A DNA stretch of 64,000 nt from Patescibacteria group bacterium (GCA_022710645.1 JAKLGL010000002.1:78337-142336), one strand, 5' to 3'. Shown: positions 16,619 to 27,179, counted from the stretch's first letter. The notes: generated from the sequence alone by a model not told the origin. A program made the numbers and translations.

Positions 16619-19144
16619 ATGCATTTATCCGAACGATTTAGTACACATCTCAAAAATGTTTTGGTCAAAGCCATCCAACTGGCAACCGAATTAAAACAAA
16701 AGGAAGTTGTTCCGATACATCTTTTATTTGCCATTTTGAAAGAAAAAGGTTCTTTGGCTCACGAAATATTACAAAGAACCAATCTAAAAGAAAACATATT
16801 GGAAAATGCCATTTTAAATATTCCTTCAAATAACAGACAGGATCCCGAACAAATTTCAGTTAACACTACCACCCAAGCCGATTTGGCGCCACTATCTTCC
16901 ATCGCTAAAGGAGTCTTGGAGAAAGCTTTTCTTATCGCTTCAGAAAATAATCATAATTTTTTAGGAACCGAACATCTACTGTCGGCTATTTTACAAATAA
17001 ATGACCCTGTTGTTTCTGAGATAATCAATCAAACTAAAACTTCAATCAAAGAAATAGAAGACCAGTTAAAAAATATCCTTGTCGGAACTTCTCAATTTCC
17101 CCAAATTGATGAAATAGCTCAAACATTTGATAAAATTTCCGAAAATATTGAAAACGAAATTCCCGTATCGGAAATTATCCCTAAGAAATCAAAAAATAAC
17201 ATCAAACAAAAATCGGAATCGGCTTTAGAAGTTTTTGCCACCGATTTGACAGATCAGGAAATTCAAAAAAATATTGATCCGGTTATCGGAAGAGAAAAAG
17301 AAATAGAACGTCTGGTGCAAATTATTTGTCGCCGCAATAAAAATAATCCCATTTTACTTGGTGATCCAGGAGTAGGCAAAACCGCTATTGTTGAAGGTTT
17401 GGCAAAAAAAATAACTCAAGGCGAAGTGCCGGATTTATTAAAACGTAAAAAAATTTACGCACTCGATATGGGGCTACTTATTGCCGGAACCATGTATCGC
17501 GGTGAATTTGAATCTCGTTTACGACAAGTCATAGAGGAAACTTTGCAAAATCCAGATATTATTTTATTTATCGATGAATTACACAATATCGTAGGAGCCG
17601 GAAGCTCGCAAGGTAGTATGGATGCGGCAAATATTTTGAAACCGGCTTTGGCTCGCGGACAAATTCGTTGCATAGGTAGTACCACCGGAGCTGAATTTAA
17701 AAAATTTATTGAAAGCGACGCTGCTTTGGAAAGGCGTTTTCAACCGATAATCGTACGCGAACCGACGATTGATGAAACCGTCAAAATCTTAAACGGTTTG
17801 AAAAAAAATTATGAAAAATATCACCGAGTGAAAATAAACGAAAATGCGGTTATAGCTGCGGTTAAACTTTCGGTTCGCTACATCAACGATAAATTTTTAC
17901 CTGATAAAGCCATTGATTTGATAGATGAGACAGCTTCAGCCAAAAGATTGAGTTTTAGCGCCGATATCAAAGAAAATAAGCTTTGGCAGTTGAGAAAAAA
18001 ATTGAATAAAATAATCTTTGATAAGGAAAAAGCGGCTTTGGATAATGATTTTGGCTTAGCAATGACCATGAAAGAAGATGAAATAAAGATAGCCGGAGAA
18101 ATAAAAAAATTAGAAAAAGAAATCAATGAACAAAAAGAGAGATTTCTCGGTACAATCACAGAAAAAGACGTCATGGAAACAATAGCTAAAATCATAGGCA
18201 CCACCCCAAACGAGCTCATACTTGACAACAGAGATCGTTTCTTAAAAATCAAAGAAGGTTTGAAAAAAAACATAATTGGTCAAGATGAAATCATAGATGA
18301 AATCATAAAAACCGTCGAAAAATCACAATTGGGATTGACCGATCCGCAAAAACCTTTGGGTTCTTTTATGTTTGTGGGTGTTTCCGGGACCGGAAAAACT
18401 GAACTTAGCAAATTGTTGGCTAAATATTTTTATCCAAATACCGATGCTTTGATAAAATTGGACATGAGCGAATTTAACGAATCTTTTGGAGTTTCTAAAC
18501 TACTCGGTTCTCCGGCCGGATATGTCGGCTACAAAGAAACAAATCAATTTACCGATAAGATAAAAATGAATCCTTATTGTGTGATTTTGTTCGACGAAAT
18601 AGATAAAGCCCATCGTGACGTAACAAAACTTCTTTTGCAATGTTTGGAGAATGGCACTATTACCGATTCCACCGGCAAGAAAATTTCTCTAAAACATGCT
18701 ATAATAATTATGACCACTTCTTTGTTTGCCGATGAACTTAGTAAGGATACATTTGGCTTTACAGATGATAAAAATCATAATTCTGATACCAAAAACAAAT
18801 TAATGGAAAAACTTAAAGAACGTTTTTCTCCGGAACTTATAAATCGCTTAGATAAAATCTGTTTATTCAATCCTTTAACTCAACAACATTTGGAGAAAAT
18901 AGCTCGTTTAGAAATAGATTCTTTCAATGAAAGATTGAAAAATTATAAAACCAAATTAGCAGCTTCGCAAAACATATTCACTTGGGCGATCTCTTCACTC
19001 AAACCGCAGAATCTCAATGCTCGCGAGCTGCGTTCCTTGATAGAAAACCGTGTGGAAGAAATGATGGCAGAAATAATTTTGAAAGGAAAAATAAAAAAAC
19101 AATATTCGTTAAAGATAAAAAACGATAAACTAACAATTGTTTAA
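16619..19144 (+). CDS. clpC: Clp/Hsp100 AAA+ chaperone (ClpC-like, two AAA domains, Clp-N repeats).
   Basis: Duplicated N-terminal Clp repeats, a [15 protein letters not shown] Walker A motif, a second NBD with [12 protein letters not shown], 841 aa. Confidence 0.85.
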   Translation: MHLSERFSTHLKNVLVKAIQLATELKQKEVVPIHLLFAILKEKGSLAHEILQRTNLKENILENAILNIPSNNRQDPEQISVNTTTQADLAPLSSIAKGVLEKAFLIASENNHNFLGTEHLLSAILQINDPVVSEIINQTKTSIKEIEDQLKNILVGTSQFPQIDEIAQTFDKISENIENEIPVSEIIPKKSKNNIKQKSESALEVFATDLTDQEIQKNIDPVIGREKEIERLVQIICRRNKNNPILLGDPGVGKTAIVEGLAKKITQGEVPDLLKRKKIYALDMGLLIAGTMYRGEFESRLRQVIEETLQNPDIILFIDELHNIVGAGSSQGSMDAANILKPALARGQIRCIGSTTGAEFKKFIESDAALERRFQPIIVREPTIDETVKILNGLKKNYEKYHRVKINENAVIAAVKLSVRYINDKFLPDKAIDLIDETASAKRLSFSADIKENKLWQLRKKLNKIIFDKEKAALDNDFGLAMTMKEDEIKIAGEIKKLEKEINEQKERFLGTITEKDVMETIAKIIGTTPNELILDNRDRFLKIKEGLKKNIIGQDEIIDEIIKTVEKSQLGLTDPQKPLGSFMFVGVSGTGKTELSKLLAKYFYPNTDALIKLDMSEFNESFGVSKLLGSPAGYVGYKETNQFTDKIKMNPYCVILFDEIDKAHRDVTKLLLQCLENGTITDSTGKKISLKHAIIIMTTSLFADELSKDTFGFTDDKNHNSDTKNKLMEKLKERFSPELINRLDKICLFNPLTQQHLEKIARLEIDSFNERLKNYKTKLAASQNIFTWAISSLKPQNLNARELRSLIENRVEEMMAEIILKGKIKKQYSLKIKNDKLTIV

Positions 19145-19145
19145 T

Positions 19146-19703
19146 ATGGCGGACAATTTTTCCGACGCCAAAAAACAATATCAGACTCCGAAACCGTTCG
19201 AATATGAACAGCCGGATATAGAATCATCGACTTCCAAAGCGGCCGATGAAGCTTTTGAAAAAAGAAAACAAGCGGAAAAACAACAAAAAATCGATAAGGA
19301 GCAGAAAGAACAATTATCTCCGGAGGAACAGTCAAACGCCGCTGTGGAAATGAGTCAAAAAAAACAAGCTCAAACACAAAAAGTAGATTCGCAACAAGAG
19401 CAAGCTGCCCGTTTAGCCGCTACCGCCGCCACATCTATACCGGTTGCCGGTGGGTTTATAAAAATAACCGCCTTTTTGATCCGAGGATTAAAAGTTTTTT
19501 TTGGCGAACAAATAGCCGGTTTTATCGCCGTTTGGATAATATTAACTGCTTTGATTTCACCTTTAGCTTTAATACCTATAGTCGGATTGATCTTTATCTT
19601 TGTTTTACCTCCCTGCGCAGCTTTAGTTTTTACCCCTCTGCTTTGGCCGAAATTAAAACCTTTTGTAGAAGAAGCTGGAAAAATAAATCCAATAAAAAAA
19701 TAA
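19146..19703 (+). CDS. Hypothetical membrane protein with a Gln/Lys-rich N-terminus and C-terminal TM helices.
   Basis: ATG at 19146 (MADNF...). The C-terminal region is hydrophobic: FIAVWIILTALISPLALIPIVGLIFIFVLPP. Confidence 0.45.
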   Translation: MADNFSDAKKQYQTPKPFEYEQPDIESSTSKAADEAFEKRKQAEKQQKIDKEQKEQLSPEEQSNAAVEMSQKKQAQTQKVDSQQEQAARLAATAATSIPVAGGFIKITAFLIRGLKVFFGEQIAGFIAVWIILTALISPLALIPIVGLIFIFVLPPCAALVFTPLLWPKLKPFVEEAGKINPIKK

Positions 19704-19724
19704 TTTTAAATTTATAAATTAAAT

Positions 19725-20966
19725 ATGTCGGAAACTACAAAAAAAATATTATTGATAATCGGTTTAGTCGCGATTACCGCACTTTTAGGCTTCGGTCTTT
19801 ATTATTTTTTCTCCAGAACTATACCCGGAACCACAACCAAACCTTCCGGTGAACAAATAACAACCACCACCGGTCAAGGATTTGTACCTTCTGGAGTTCG
19901 TGTAGTTACCACTACCGGTCCAAACGGAGAAATAATTACAACCACCTTACCAACAGCCGGTACTATTCCGACAGTCGGTCCGGGTTATTATCAAAGAGAA
20001 ACGGTTACTAAACTTATTGAACAACCTGTTTCTTATACCGCCATAAATAATAAAAACGGCGAATTACGATTTTACAACGAAAACGATGGAAAATTTTATA
20101 AAGTGGAAAATGACGGAGCCGTACAAAAACTTTCCGACAAAATATTTTATAATGTTTCCAAAACAACTTGGGCTAACGGCAGTGATAAAGCAATTTTGGA
20201 ATTTCCGGACCAAAATAAAATAATTTATAATTTCGAAGAAGACAAACAATATACCCTACCTAAACACTGGGAAGAGTTTTCTTTTTCTCCGGACGATGAT
20301 AAAATCGCCGCCAAAAGCATCGGCTATTCGGAAGATAATCGTTGGTTACTGACGGTAAAAGACGACGGTACCGGCACCTCTCTTATCGAACCTATGGGTA
20401 ACAACGCAGATAAAGTAACGGTTTCTTGGTCTCCTAATCGTTCGGTCATAGCTTTCAGTAAAACCGGCGGTAATGATCTGGGAACTTATCGTAAAGAAAT
20501 ATTGTTAATAGGACAAAATCAAGAAAATTTCAAATCTATAACCGTCGAAGGTTTAGGGTTTGAATCTCAATGGTCTCCGAACGGAGAAAAATTGCTTTAC
20601 AGTGTCTACAGCCCGAATAGCAATTATAAACCAGAATTATGGATAACCAATGCCTCAGGAGAAAAAATCGGTTCCGGAAGAGAATTGCTTAAGCTTAATA
20701 CTTGGGCGAACAAATGCACTTTTGCCGATAATAATATTCTTTATTGCGCCGTACCCAGAACCTTACCTCAAGGCGCCGGCATATCCCCTTCTATCGCCAA
20801 CGGTACATTGGATGATCTTTATAAAATAGATTTATCAACCGGACTTAAATCTCCGATAGATTTGGGAGGAGATTATTCCATAAAAAACATTTATTTTGAT
20901 AAAACCGCTTCTAAATTATTTTTTTCCGATTATAATCAAACCGGTTTATTTGAAGCTAAACAATAA
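19725..20966 (+). CDS. Membrane-anchored beta-propeller protein (TolB/PD40-like repeats) with a Thr-rich linker.
   Basis: N-terminal TM helix, then TTTKPSGEQITTTTG..VVTTTGPNGEIITTT, then repeated WSPNGEK/WSPNRS blades. Confidence 0.5.
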   Translation: MSETTKKILLIIGLVAITALLGFGLYYFFSRTIPGTTTKPSGEQITTTTGQGFVPSGVRVVTTTGPNGEIITTTLPTAGTIPTVGPGYYQRETVTKLIEQPVSYTAINNKNGELRFYNENDGKFYKVENDGAVQKLSDKIFYNVSKTTWANGSDKAILEFPDQNKIIYNFEEDKQYTLPKHWEEFSFSPDDDKIAAKSIGYSEDNRWLLTVKDDGTGTSLIEPMGNNADKVTVSWSPNRSVIAFSKTGGNDLGTYRKEILLIGQNQENFKSITVEGLGFESQWSPNGEKLLYSVYSPNSNYKPELWITNASGEKIGSGRELLKLNTWANKCTFADNNILYCAVPRTLPQGAGISPSIANGTLDDLYKIDLSTGLKSPIDLGGDYSIKNIYFDKTASKLFFSDYNQTGLFEAKQ

Positions 20967-20972
20967 AATTGT

Positions 20973-21620
20973 ATGAATAAAAAAATAATGTTTTTAAGTA
21001 TATTGATTTTAATATTAATGTTTCTTTTTACTTTTTCGGTTATCAAAAAAAGTTCGCAAATAAATATCAAACCGACAAGTAAACCTTTAATCGAAGATTT
21101 ATCGGTAATTTTACCAGCTGATGAAGAAGAACATATTTACGGCAATCCGGGGGCACCAACCACGGTAAACGAATTTTTTTCTTTTGAATGCGACCTGTGC
21201 GCAAAAAGGCATGCGGAAATAATTTCTTTTATAGAAAAAAATCCGGGACAGGTTCGTTTGATAACCAGAGAAATAGCAAAAGAAGATTGGTTAGGCAATA
21301 AAAAAACATTTCCCCTACTCACTCTTAAGTGTGCCGACTTGCAAGATAAATATTGGGATTTTTTAAACCAGGCCGTCCAATTGCGTAATTTTGACACAAA
21401 AACAACGGAAAAGCTCGTTACAGATTTGAAATTGAATACCGAACTTTTCAATCAATGTCTGCAAAATAATGAATACAAAAATAACATCATTAACGAACAA
21501 AACAATTTAACAAATCTCGGTTTTACAGAAACTCCCAATATTTTTATAAACAATAAAAAAGTAAATTTAACCGACGATGTAAAATTGGAAAATATTTTAA
21601 AACAAGTCCCTATACAATAA
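20973..21620 (+). CDS. Thioredoxin-fold thiol-disulfide oxidoreductase (DsbA-like), membrane anchored.
   Basis: N-terminal TM helix and a CDLC (CxxC) motif in FFSFECDLCAKRH. Confidence 0.6.
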   Translation: MNKKIMFLSILILILMFLFTFSVIKKSSQINIKPTSKPLIEDLSVILPADEEEHIYGNPGAPTTVNEFFSFECDLCAKRHAEIISFIEKNPGQVRLITREIAKEDWLGNKKTFPLLTLKCADLQDKYWDFLNQAVQLRNFDTKTTEKLVTDLKLNTELFNQCLQNNEYKNNIINEQNNLTNLGFTETPNIFINNKKVNLTDDVKLENILKQVPIQ

Positions 21621-21621
21621 T

Positions 21622-23151
21622 ATGAAAAAATTCATCGCATTATTGTTTATTTTTTTCGGAATCTTACAACCTTCTCTTGCTTCCGCTGAAGATGTTCTTT
21701 GTACTTGCACTTACATCAATAAAAATGGAGACCCTCTAGAAAAAACTACGCAAGAATTCGTAACCAATATTGGCGAATCGTCTTGCGATTCTTTACCGGT
21801 AGTAATAAACGGCCGCAATTGTCCTTCAGGCATAGAAAACTGTGACGAAATAGCTTCTTTTTGTCAGGCCGTTCCGACAACTTACGAAACGATCAGATGC
21901 GTTTGTGAAGTTTATTCCGTTCCCTATGAAAGAATAGACGCCACTATTTATCCTTACGTTCAAAAATTCCCCAACGAAACCAAAGAAGGAGTTTGTAATA
22001 AAAAAGCCATAGAACTTGATCAAGCCAGCAATAATACAACTAAAAATTATTGCAAAGTTTATGTTCCGGCAACAACTAAAATAGAAGACGAATTCGGTTT
22101 AAAGGCTCCGACATTACAAGTAAAAATTCCAGGCTTAGAAAAATTTTCCGAACCCCCTTCAATAATGGATGAGAGCGGTCGAGCTTATTTCCCTTGGGTC
22201 GGAGAATATATCCGCGCCGTTTATAATTTCGGTTTAACCATCATAAGTATTTTGGCGGTTATCATGATTATCGTTTCGGGAATTAAAATAGTAGGTTCGG
22301 GTTTAGGTGGAGATCGTAAAGACGCATACAAAAGAATAACTCAAGCCGTTATCGGGTTAGCTTTGGCTTGGGGATCTTACACATTGCTTTATCTGATAAA
22401 TCCTGAACTTTTAAATTTAAAAAGTTTGGGGGTAAAGCTTATCCAACCTATGGAAATATACGAAGGTTTAGGTGAAGGAGAAAGCGGTCCGGAAACTGCC
22501 GGAAAATGTGGCGGCATGTCGGGAAAACCACAAACTTTAGCGTCAAATTTCGGGCTTAAAGGAGACTTTTATCAACATTCAAATTATAGTACTCGTTATG
22601 GAAATACTTGCGAGGTGCCGGCAGTAATAAAAGCCGTAGTCCTCCATTATACAGCCACCCCACCGGCAACAAAAATTTCCGGTATAGTTAAATATTGGGG
22701 AAATGACCAGTTACCTATTAATGAAAGACCGGGGGCTTCTTGCCAAATAATTTTAGACAGAGACGGAAGTGCTTATCAAATTACCGAAAAATTGGAAGAA
22801 AAAGTTATTTGTCACGGAGGTTCTAGCGGTAAAAATTGGAATATCGGAGGAATAGGCATAGAGATAATGGGAGAAAACACCAAAGAATTATTGGGTAATA
22901 AAAAACAGATTGAAGCAGTTGCTGCTTTGGTAAAAAAAATAAGTGTGAATTACGGAATCCCTCTAACCAATAATGTGGATAATCTGTTCAACGGTACTGG
23001 TGGAATTTTTTCTCACCAACAAATTACCAAATGTGAAGGAGCTACCAATCAAAAACAGGATCCCGGAGAAGAATTTATGAAAGAAGTTTTTAAACAATTA
23101 GGAGGAAACTATACCGACTGGACCACTGATAATAGATGCTACAAGAAATAA
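21622..23151 (+). CDS. Secreted Cys-rich protein with a two-TM pilin-like (TrbC/VirB2-like) segment and a C-terminal N-acetylmuramoyl-L-alanine amidase (Amidase_2/PGRP) domain.
   Basis: Signal peptide, 14 Cys in the first 140 aa, TM pair YNFGLTIISILAVIMIIVSGIKIVGSG...AVIGLALAWGSYTLLYLI. The amidase_2 pattern is VVLHYTATPP...ILDRDGSAYQ...CHGG...IGIEIMG...AVAALV. Confidence 0.55.
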   Translation: MKKFIALLFIFFGILQPSLASAEDVLCTCTYINKNGDPLEKTTQEFVTNIGESSCDSLPVVINGRNCPSGIENCDEIASFCQAVPTTYETIRCVCEVYSVPYERIDATIYPYVQKFPNETKEGVCNKKAIELDQASNNTTKNYCKVYVPATTKIEDEFGLKAPTLQVKIPGLEKFSEPPSIMDESGRAYFPWVGEYIRAVYNFGLTIISILAVIMIIVSGIKIVGSGLGGDRKDAYKRITQAVIGLALAWGSYTLLYLINPELLNLKSLGVKLIQPMEIYEGLGEGESGPETAGKCGGMSGKPQTLASNFGLKGDFYQHSNYSTRYGNTCEVPAVIKAVVLHYTATPPATKISGIVKYWGNDQLPINERPGASCQIILDRDGSAYQITEKLEEKVICHGGSSGKNWNIGGIGIEIMGENTKELLGNKKQIEAVAALVKKISVNYGIPLTNNVDNLFNGTGGIFSHQQITKCEGATNQKQDPGEEFMKEVFKQLGGNYTDWTTDNRCYKK

Positions 23152-23175
23152 ACTTCCTTTTGTTTTTAAAATATT

Positions 23176-24522
23176 ATGCCCAAAAATCAAACAATTTTTA
23201 TTTGTTCCAATTGCGGCGCGCAATTCCAAAAATGGGTTGGGCGTTGTTTGGAATGTGGAAAATGGGGAACAATAGATAAAAATCCAACTACTATATCCCC
23301 TGACGAAAAAACCGAAGAAACAATTTATCCGACCATTAAAACCGTTCCGCTTAATGAAATAAAAGGCGTGGAAACAAAAAGAATCACAACCGGCATTTCC
23401 GAAATAGATAGAGTGCTTGGCGGCGGGCTTGTGCCCGGAAGTTTTGTCTTACTCGGAGGCGAACCGGGAATCGGAAAAAGCACTATTGCCCTGCAATTGG
23501 CCAATACCATCCAAAATACCTTTTATATTTCCGGCGAAGAATCCACTGAACAGATAAAAATGCGTGCTGATAGATTGGGAATAAAAAATAATAGCCTGAT
23601 ATTGGCCAATGAAACACACGTGGAAAAAATAATCGCCACCATAAAAGAAAAAAAACCGGTTTTGGTAGTGATTGATTCCGCACAGACAATTTATTCGGCC
23701 GAGTCAGATGGTGAAGCTGGCGGATTGTCGCAAATCCGCGTTTGCGCCACCAAAATCATGGAAACTGCCAAAACAACCAACACAGCCATAGTTCTGGTCG
23801 GACACGTCACCAAAGACGGTGAAGTGGCCGGTCCAAAAACCTTGGAACACCTTGTTGATACCGTGCTTTATCTTGAAGGCGACCGCCACCATTTTTACCG
23901 CGTACTACGCACAGTTAAAAACCGTTTTGGCAGTACGGATGAAGTCGGAGTTTTCAATATGGGACAAAACGGATTGGAAGAAGTAAAAAATCCCAGTGCC
24001 TTGTTTTTGGAAGAACGCCAGGAAAATTTACCCGGTAATGTCATCACCTGTCTTATGGAAGGCACCCGCCCAATGCTTTTAGAAATACAAGCATTGGTTT
24101 CTAAAACTTCTTTTGGCTATCCGGTACGCAAAGCCAGCGGATTTGACCTCAATCGCTTACACGTTTTGATAGCAGTACTACAAAAACGCGTCGGGCTCAA
24201 TTTGGAATCATACGATATCCATCTCAACGTGGTCGGTGGATTGACAGCCGACGAACCGGCGGCTGATTTGGCCGCGGCTCTGGCCATTGCTAGTGCCTAC
24301 AAAGACAAACCACTTGATTCCCACCTGGCTTCATTTGGTGAAGTTGGATTAAACGGAGAAATCAGACCTGTCCCCTATGCTGAAAAAAGGATAAAAGAAT
24401 GCGAACAACTCGGCATGAAAGCCGTCATCACAAATTTGGGAGCAAAAAATAAACTTAAAACTTCGGAAAAAGTAAAAATAGTAGAAATAAAAAATATTCA
24501 GGAAATTATAAAGCATACATAA
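23176..24522 (+). CDS. radA: DNA repair protein RadA/Sms.
   Basis: C4 zinc finger CSNCGAQF...CLECGKWGT, RecA-like Walker A GGEPGIGKST, Lon-like C-terminus, 448 aa. Terminator at 24528-24550. Confidence 0.9.
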   Translation: MPKNQTIFICSNCGAQFQKWVGRCLECGKWGTIDKNPTTISPDEKTEETIYPTIKTVPLNEIKGVETKRITTGISEIDRVLGGGLVPGSFVLLGGEPGIGKSTIALQLANTIQNTFYISGEESTEQIKMRADRLGIKNNSLILANETHVEKIIATIKEKKPVLVVIDSAQTIYSAESDGEAGGLSQIRVCATKIMETAKTTNTAIVLVGHVTKDGEVAGPKTLEHLVDTVLYLEGDRHHFYRVLRTVKNRFGSTDEVGVFNMGQNGLEEVKNPSALFLEERQENLPGNVITCLMEGTRPMLLEIQALVSKTSFGYPVRKASGFDLNRLHVLIAVLQKRVGLNLESYDIHLNVVGGLTADEPAADLAAALAIASAYKDKPLDSHLASFGEVGLNGEIRPVPYAEKRIKECEQLGMKAVITNLGAKNKLKTSEKVKIVEIKNIQEIIKHT

Positions 24523-24581
24523 AAAAACCACCCGCAAGGGTGGTTTAAAATTAAGGTACAAATGATTCAGATCAGATAGGT

Positions 24582-24965
24582 TTAAGAAGGTCTTGTTTGC
24601 GAACACCGGCAAGGTTTTTTCGCCTGTTTTTCTGCAAGCAAACAAAGATTTTTTGCCTCTTCTGCTTTTTGAACATCTTCAAATTCTTTCGGGATAGATC
24701 CGTTTTCTAGCACATGCACATTGGTGCAAACAAGATGCCGGAAAACCAAGCGGGCTTTGGAACCGTCAAAAAACTTAACGGTTGTTTCACCCTCTGGAAT
24801 AGTCTTCAGATCGGAAGCTCCGCCGACAAATTCGGCGATGGTTCCAACCTGGGTCAAATGGCATGCAGCCTCTTGACCTTTCAGTTCGCGATGACGACAA
24901 GGAGCCGCTTTTTTGAACAGAGCTTCGACTACCTGAGCCGCAGTTAAAATTCCATTACCGGGCAT
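24582..24965 (-). CDS. Hypothetical GC-rich small protein (127 aa) with paired cysteines. It is convergent with radA.
   Basis: Strong RBS ataggaggcattccATG. The local GC content is visibly higher than the flanks. Cys pairs are CRHRELKGQEAAC and KKPCRC. Confidence 0.5.
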   Translation of the reverse strand: MPGNGILTAAQVVEALFKKAAPCRHRELKGQEAACHLTQVGTIAEFVGGASDLKTIPEGETTVKFFDGSKARLVFRHLVCTNVHVLENGSIPKEFEDVQKAEEAKNLCLLAEKQAKKPCRCSQTRPS

Positions 24966-25062
24966 GGAATGCCTCCTATAAAAAAATAATAACGAACCGC
25001 CGATACTTTAACACAAAACCCTTGATAGTTCAAGGGTTTTATTAACAGGATTTATTTATTAA

Positions 25063-27177
25063 TTATTCAAGGTGGATGCTTTTTTCCCAAGCTCCGAATT
25101 TAGCTTTTAACCCGGGGTATTTGGCCAATTTTGGCGCTAATTCTTTTGCCGTTTCCCGCGCTTTTTTTACCAATTCTTGATCCGTCAATTTGGCCAAACG
25201 CAAATTTTCTTCTCCGCTCTGCGCCGTGCCATATACATCGCCCGGTCCCCTGATTTCCAAATCCTTTTCCGCCAATTTGAAACCATTGTTTTCTCTTTCA
25301 AAATATTTCAAACGCTCGGATGATTTTTGTGTTTGTTTTTGCGGAAACAGAAAACAGTAAGATTGATATTCACTTCTACCCACGCGTCCGCGGAATTGAT
25401 GTAATTGTGCCAAACCAAATCTCTCTGCTCCTTCTATCATCATTACTGTGGCATTCGGGATATCTACTCCGACTTCAACTACAGACGTAGAAACCAAAAT
25501 ATCAATTTCTTTATCTTTAAATTTTTTCATTATCAAATCTTTTTCTTCATTTTTCATTTTGCCATGCAAATATCCAACTCGTAAATTCGGAAAAATATTT
25601 TTACTCAATTTTTCATACTCGCTCATCACACTTTTCTTTTCCAAAGAAACATTCCAAGCCGGTTGGTAATTATTTATTTCAAGTTCTGTTTCATCTTCTT
25701 TTAATTTTTCCTCTATTAACGGGCAAATCACAAACACTTGTCTCCCCTGTTTTACTTGAGCACCGATAAATTCATAAGCTTTTTGACGATTATGTTCTTC
25801 TACCAAACGTGTCATTATTTTTTTTCTTCCAAGAGGCATTTGTGAAATGATAGAAACATCCAAATCACCATAAACCATCAAAGCAAAAGATCGCGGAATC
25901 GGAGTGGCCGTCATACTCAAGAAATGCGTTCCTGCCCCTTTTTCTTTTATCAATTTTCTTTGGTTCACACCGAAACGATGTTGTTCATCCACCACCACCA
26001 TTCCTAATTTTGAAAAATTAACTTTATCACCCAACAATGCATGAGTACCAATAATAATATCTACTTCCCCGTTTTTAATTTTATCAAAAACTTCTTTTTT
26101 ATTATTAGATTTTACCTTACTTGAAAATTGAAAATTGAAAATTGAAAATTTCGCGTTGGTAAGCAACGCGATCCTTACTTTATCACCTAATAGCTTACAC
26201 AAAGTATTATAATGCTGATTGGCCAATATCTCGGTGGGCGCCATTAAAACACCTTGAAACTTATTCAAAACAACATTTAACAAACAAATACCGGCGACAA
26301 TTGTTTTGCCCGACCCTACATCGCCGGACAACAGACGATTCATAGGTATATCCTTTTGTAAATCCTGCAAAACCTCCCAAGCTGACAAGCGCTGGGTATC
26401 GGTCAGCTTATATGGCAAAGAAGAAACGAAGTTTTTTATCTCTTGCTCAAAAAAATTCATTTTCGGTGCGTTTCTTTTTGTCCTATTGGCACGCGTAATT
26501 TCGGCTTTGAGTTGCAAAAGTAATAATTCGTTAAACTTGAGACGATCAGTGCTTTGTTTAAGCTCTATTTCATCATCAGGGAAATGAATTCCGCGAACAG
26601 CTGCAGACAATGGCGCAAAGTCATATTTTTCTATAACTTCCTCAGGCAACCAATCTTTCATTTTGTCGGCTAAGGGAAGAACTTGTTCTACAAGATATCG
26701 CATTTGTTTTTGCGATACGCCGTGAGTCAGCGGATACATAGGCACCAAGCGTGCAGTATGTGATTGACGTTCTTTAAATTTTTCATAATGAGGACTATTC
26801 ATTTTCACTCCGAACATGTCGACGCTTATTTTCCCCGATAAATATATTTGATCCCCGGTTTGTAAAATCTTGGAAATAAACGGTTGATTAAACCAAACTA
26901 CCCGCAAGGATCCGCTATCATCGCTAACCATGGCTTCAATAATATTTTTTCCACGCCTGCGGCTTCTTTTATTGTTTAAAAATTCCACCCTGACTAAAAC
27001 TGTAGCCGTCACACCCTCTTGTAAATCCCGTATTTTGTAAATTTGACGATAATCTTCATAACGAAAAGGAAAATATGACAAAAGATTCCCAACATTTTTA
27101 ATGTTAAGGCGTTTCAAATGCGCGGCAGCTGTTTTGCCCACCCTATTTAAAGAAGATATCGGGGTGGTTAAATTCAT
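25063..27177 (-). CDS. recG: ATP-dependent DNA helicase RecG.
   Basis: N-terminal wedge domain, helicase motifs (GDVGSGKT, DEQHRFG), 704 aa. Terminator hairpin at 25012-25038. Confidence 0.9.
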   Translation of the reverse strand: MNLTTPISSLNRVGKTAAAHLKRLNIKNVGNLLSYFPFRYEDYRQIYKIRDLQEGVTATVLVRVEFLNNKRSRRRGKNIIEAMVSDDSGSLRVVWFNQPFISKILQTGDQIYLSGKISVDMFGVKMNSPHYEKFKERQSHTARLVPMYPLTHGVSQKQMRYLVEQVLPLADKMKDWLPEEVIEKYDFAPLSAAVRGIHFPDDEIELKQSTDRLKFNELLLLQLKAEITRANRTKRNAPKMNFFEQEIKNFVSSLPYKLTDTQRLSAWEVLQDLQKDIPMNRLLSGDVGSGKTIVAGICLLNVVLNKFQGVLMAPTEILANQHYNTLCKLLGDKVRIALLTNAKFSIFNFQFSSKVKSNNKKEVFDKIKNGEVDIIIGTHALLGDKVNFSKLGMVVVDEQHRFGVNQRKLIKEKGAGTHFLSMTATPIPRSFALMVYGDLDVSIISQMPLGRKKIMTRLVEEHNRQKAYEFIGAQVKQGRQVFVICPLIEEKLKEDETELEINNYQPAWNVSLEKKSVMSEYEKLSKNIFPNLRVGYLHGKMKNEEKDLIMKKFKDKEIDILVSTSVVEVGVDIPNATVMMIEGAERFGLAQLHQFRGRVGRSEYQSYCFLFPQKQTQKSSERLKYFERENNGFKLAEKDLEIRGPGDVYGTAQSGEENLRLAKLTDQELVKKARETAKELAPKLAKYPGLKAKFGAWEKSIHLE
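26123..26150. repeat. Tandem heptamer (gaaaatt) x4 inside recG, followed by the palindrome cgcgttggtaagcaacgcg. The unit is flanked by 8-bp direct repeats ccttactt (26115-26122 and 26173-26180).
   Basis: Read directly from the sequence. It encodes the extra FSIFNFQFSS segment relative to typical RecG. Confidence 0.6.
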
Positions 27178-27179
27178 AT

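Noticed and set aside
17455-18273. Minus-strand ORFs inside clpC (17455..17685, 17878..18273) and similar antisense ORFs in pheT, pheS, rseP, recG, der and the ribosomal genes.
   Set aside because: They are nested antisense within strongly supported conserved genes and have low-complexity, motif-free translations.
19137-19145. Track start MFNM overlapping the clpC stop.
   Set aside because: The ATG at 19146 (MADNF) avoids the overlap and is the more parsimonious start. Either way the protein is a hypothetical membrane protein.
26123-26150. CRISPR-like or other spacer-repeat arrays at the tandem repeats (26123-26150, 12334-12364, 33013-33091).
   Set aside because: The units are 7-12 nt and contiguous with no spacers, far too short for CRISPR repeats, and there are no cas genes in the window.
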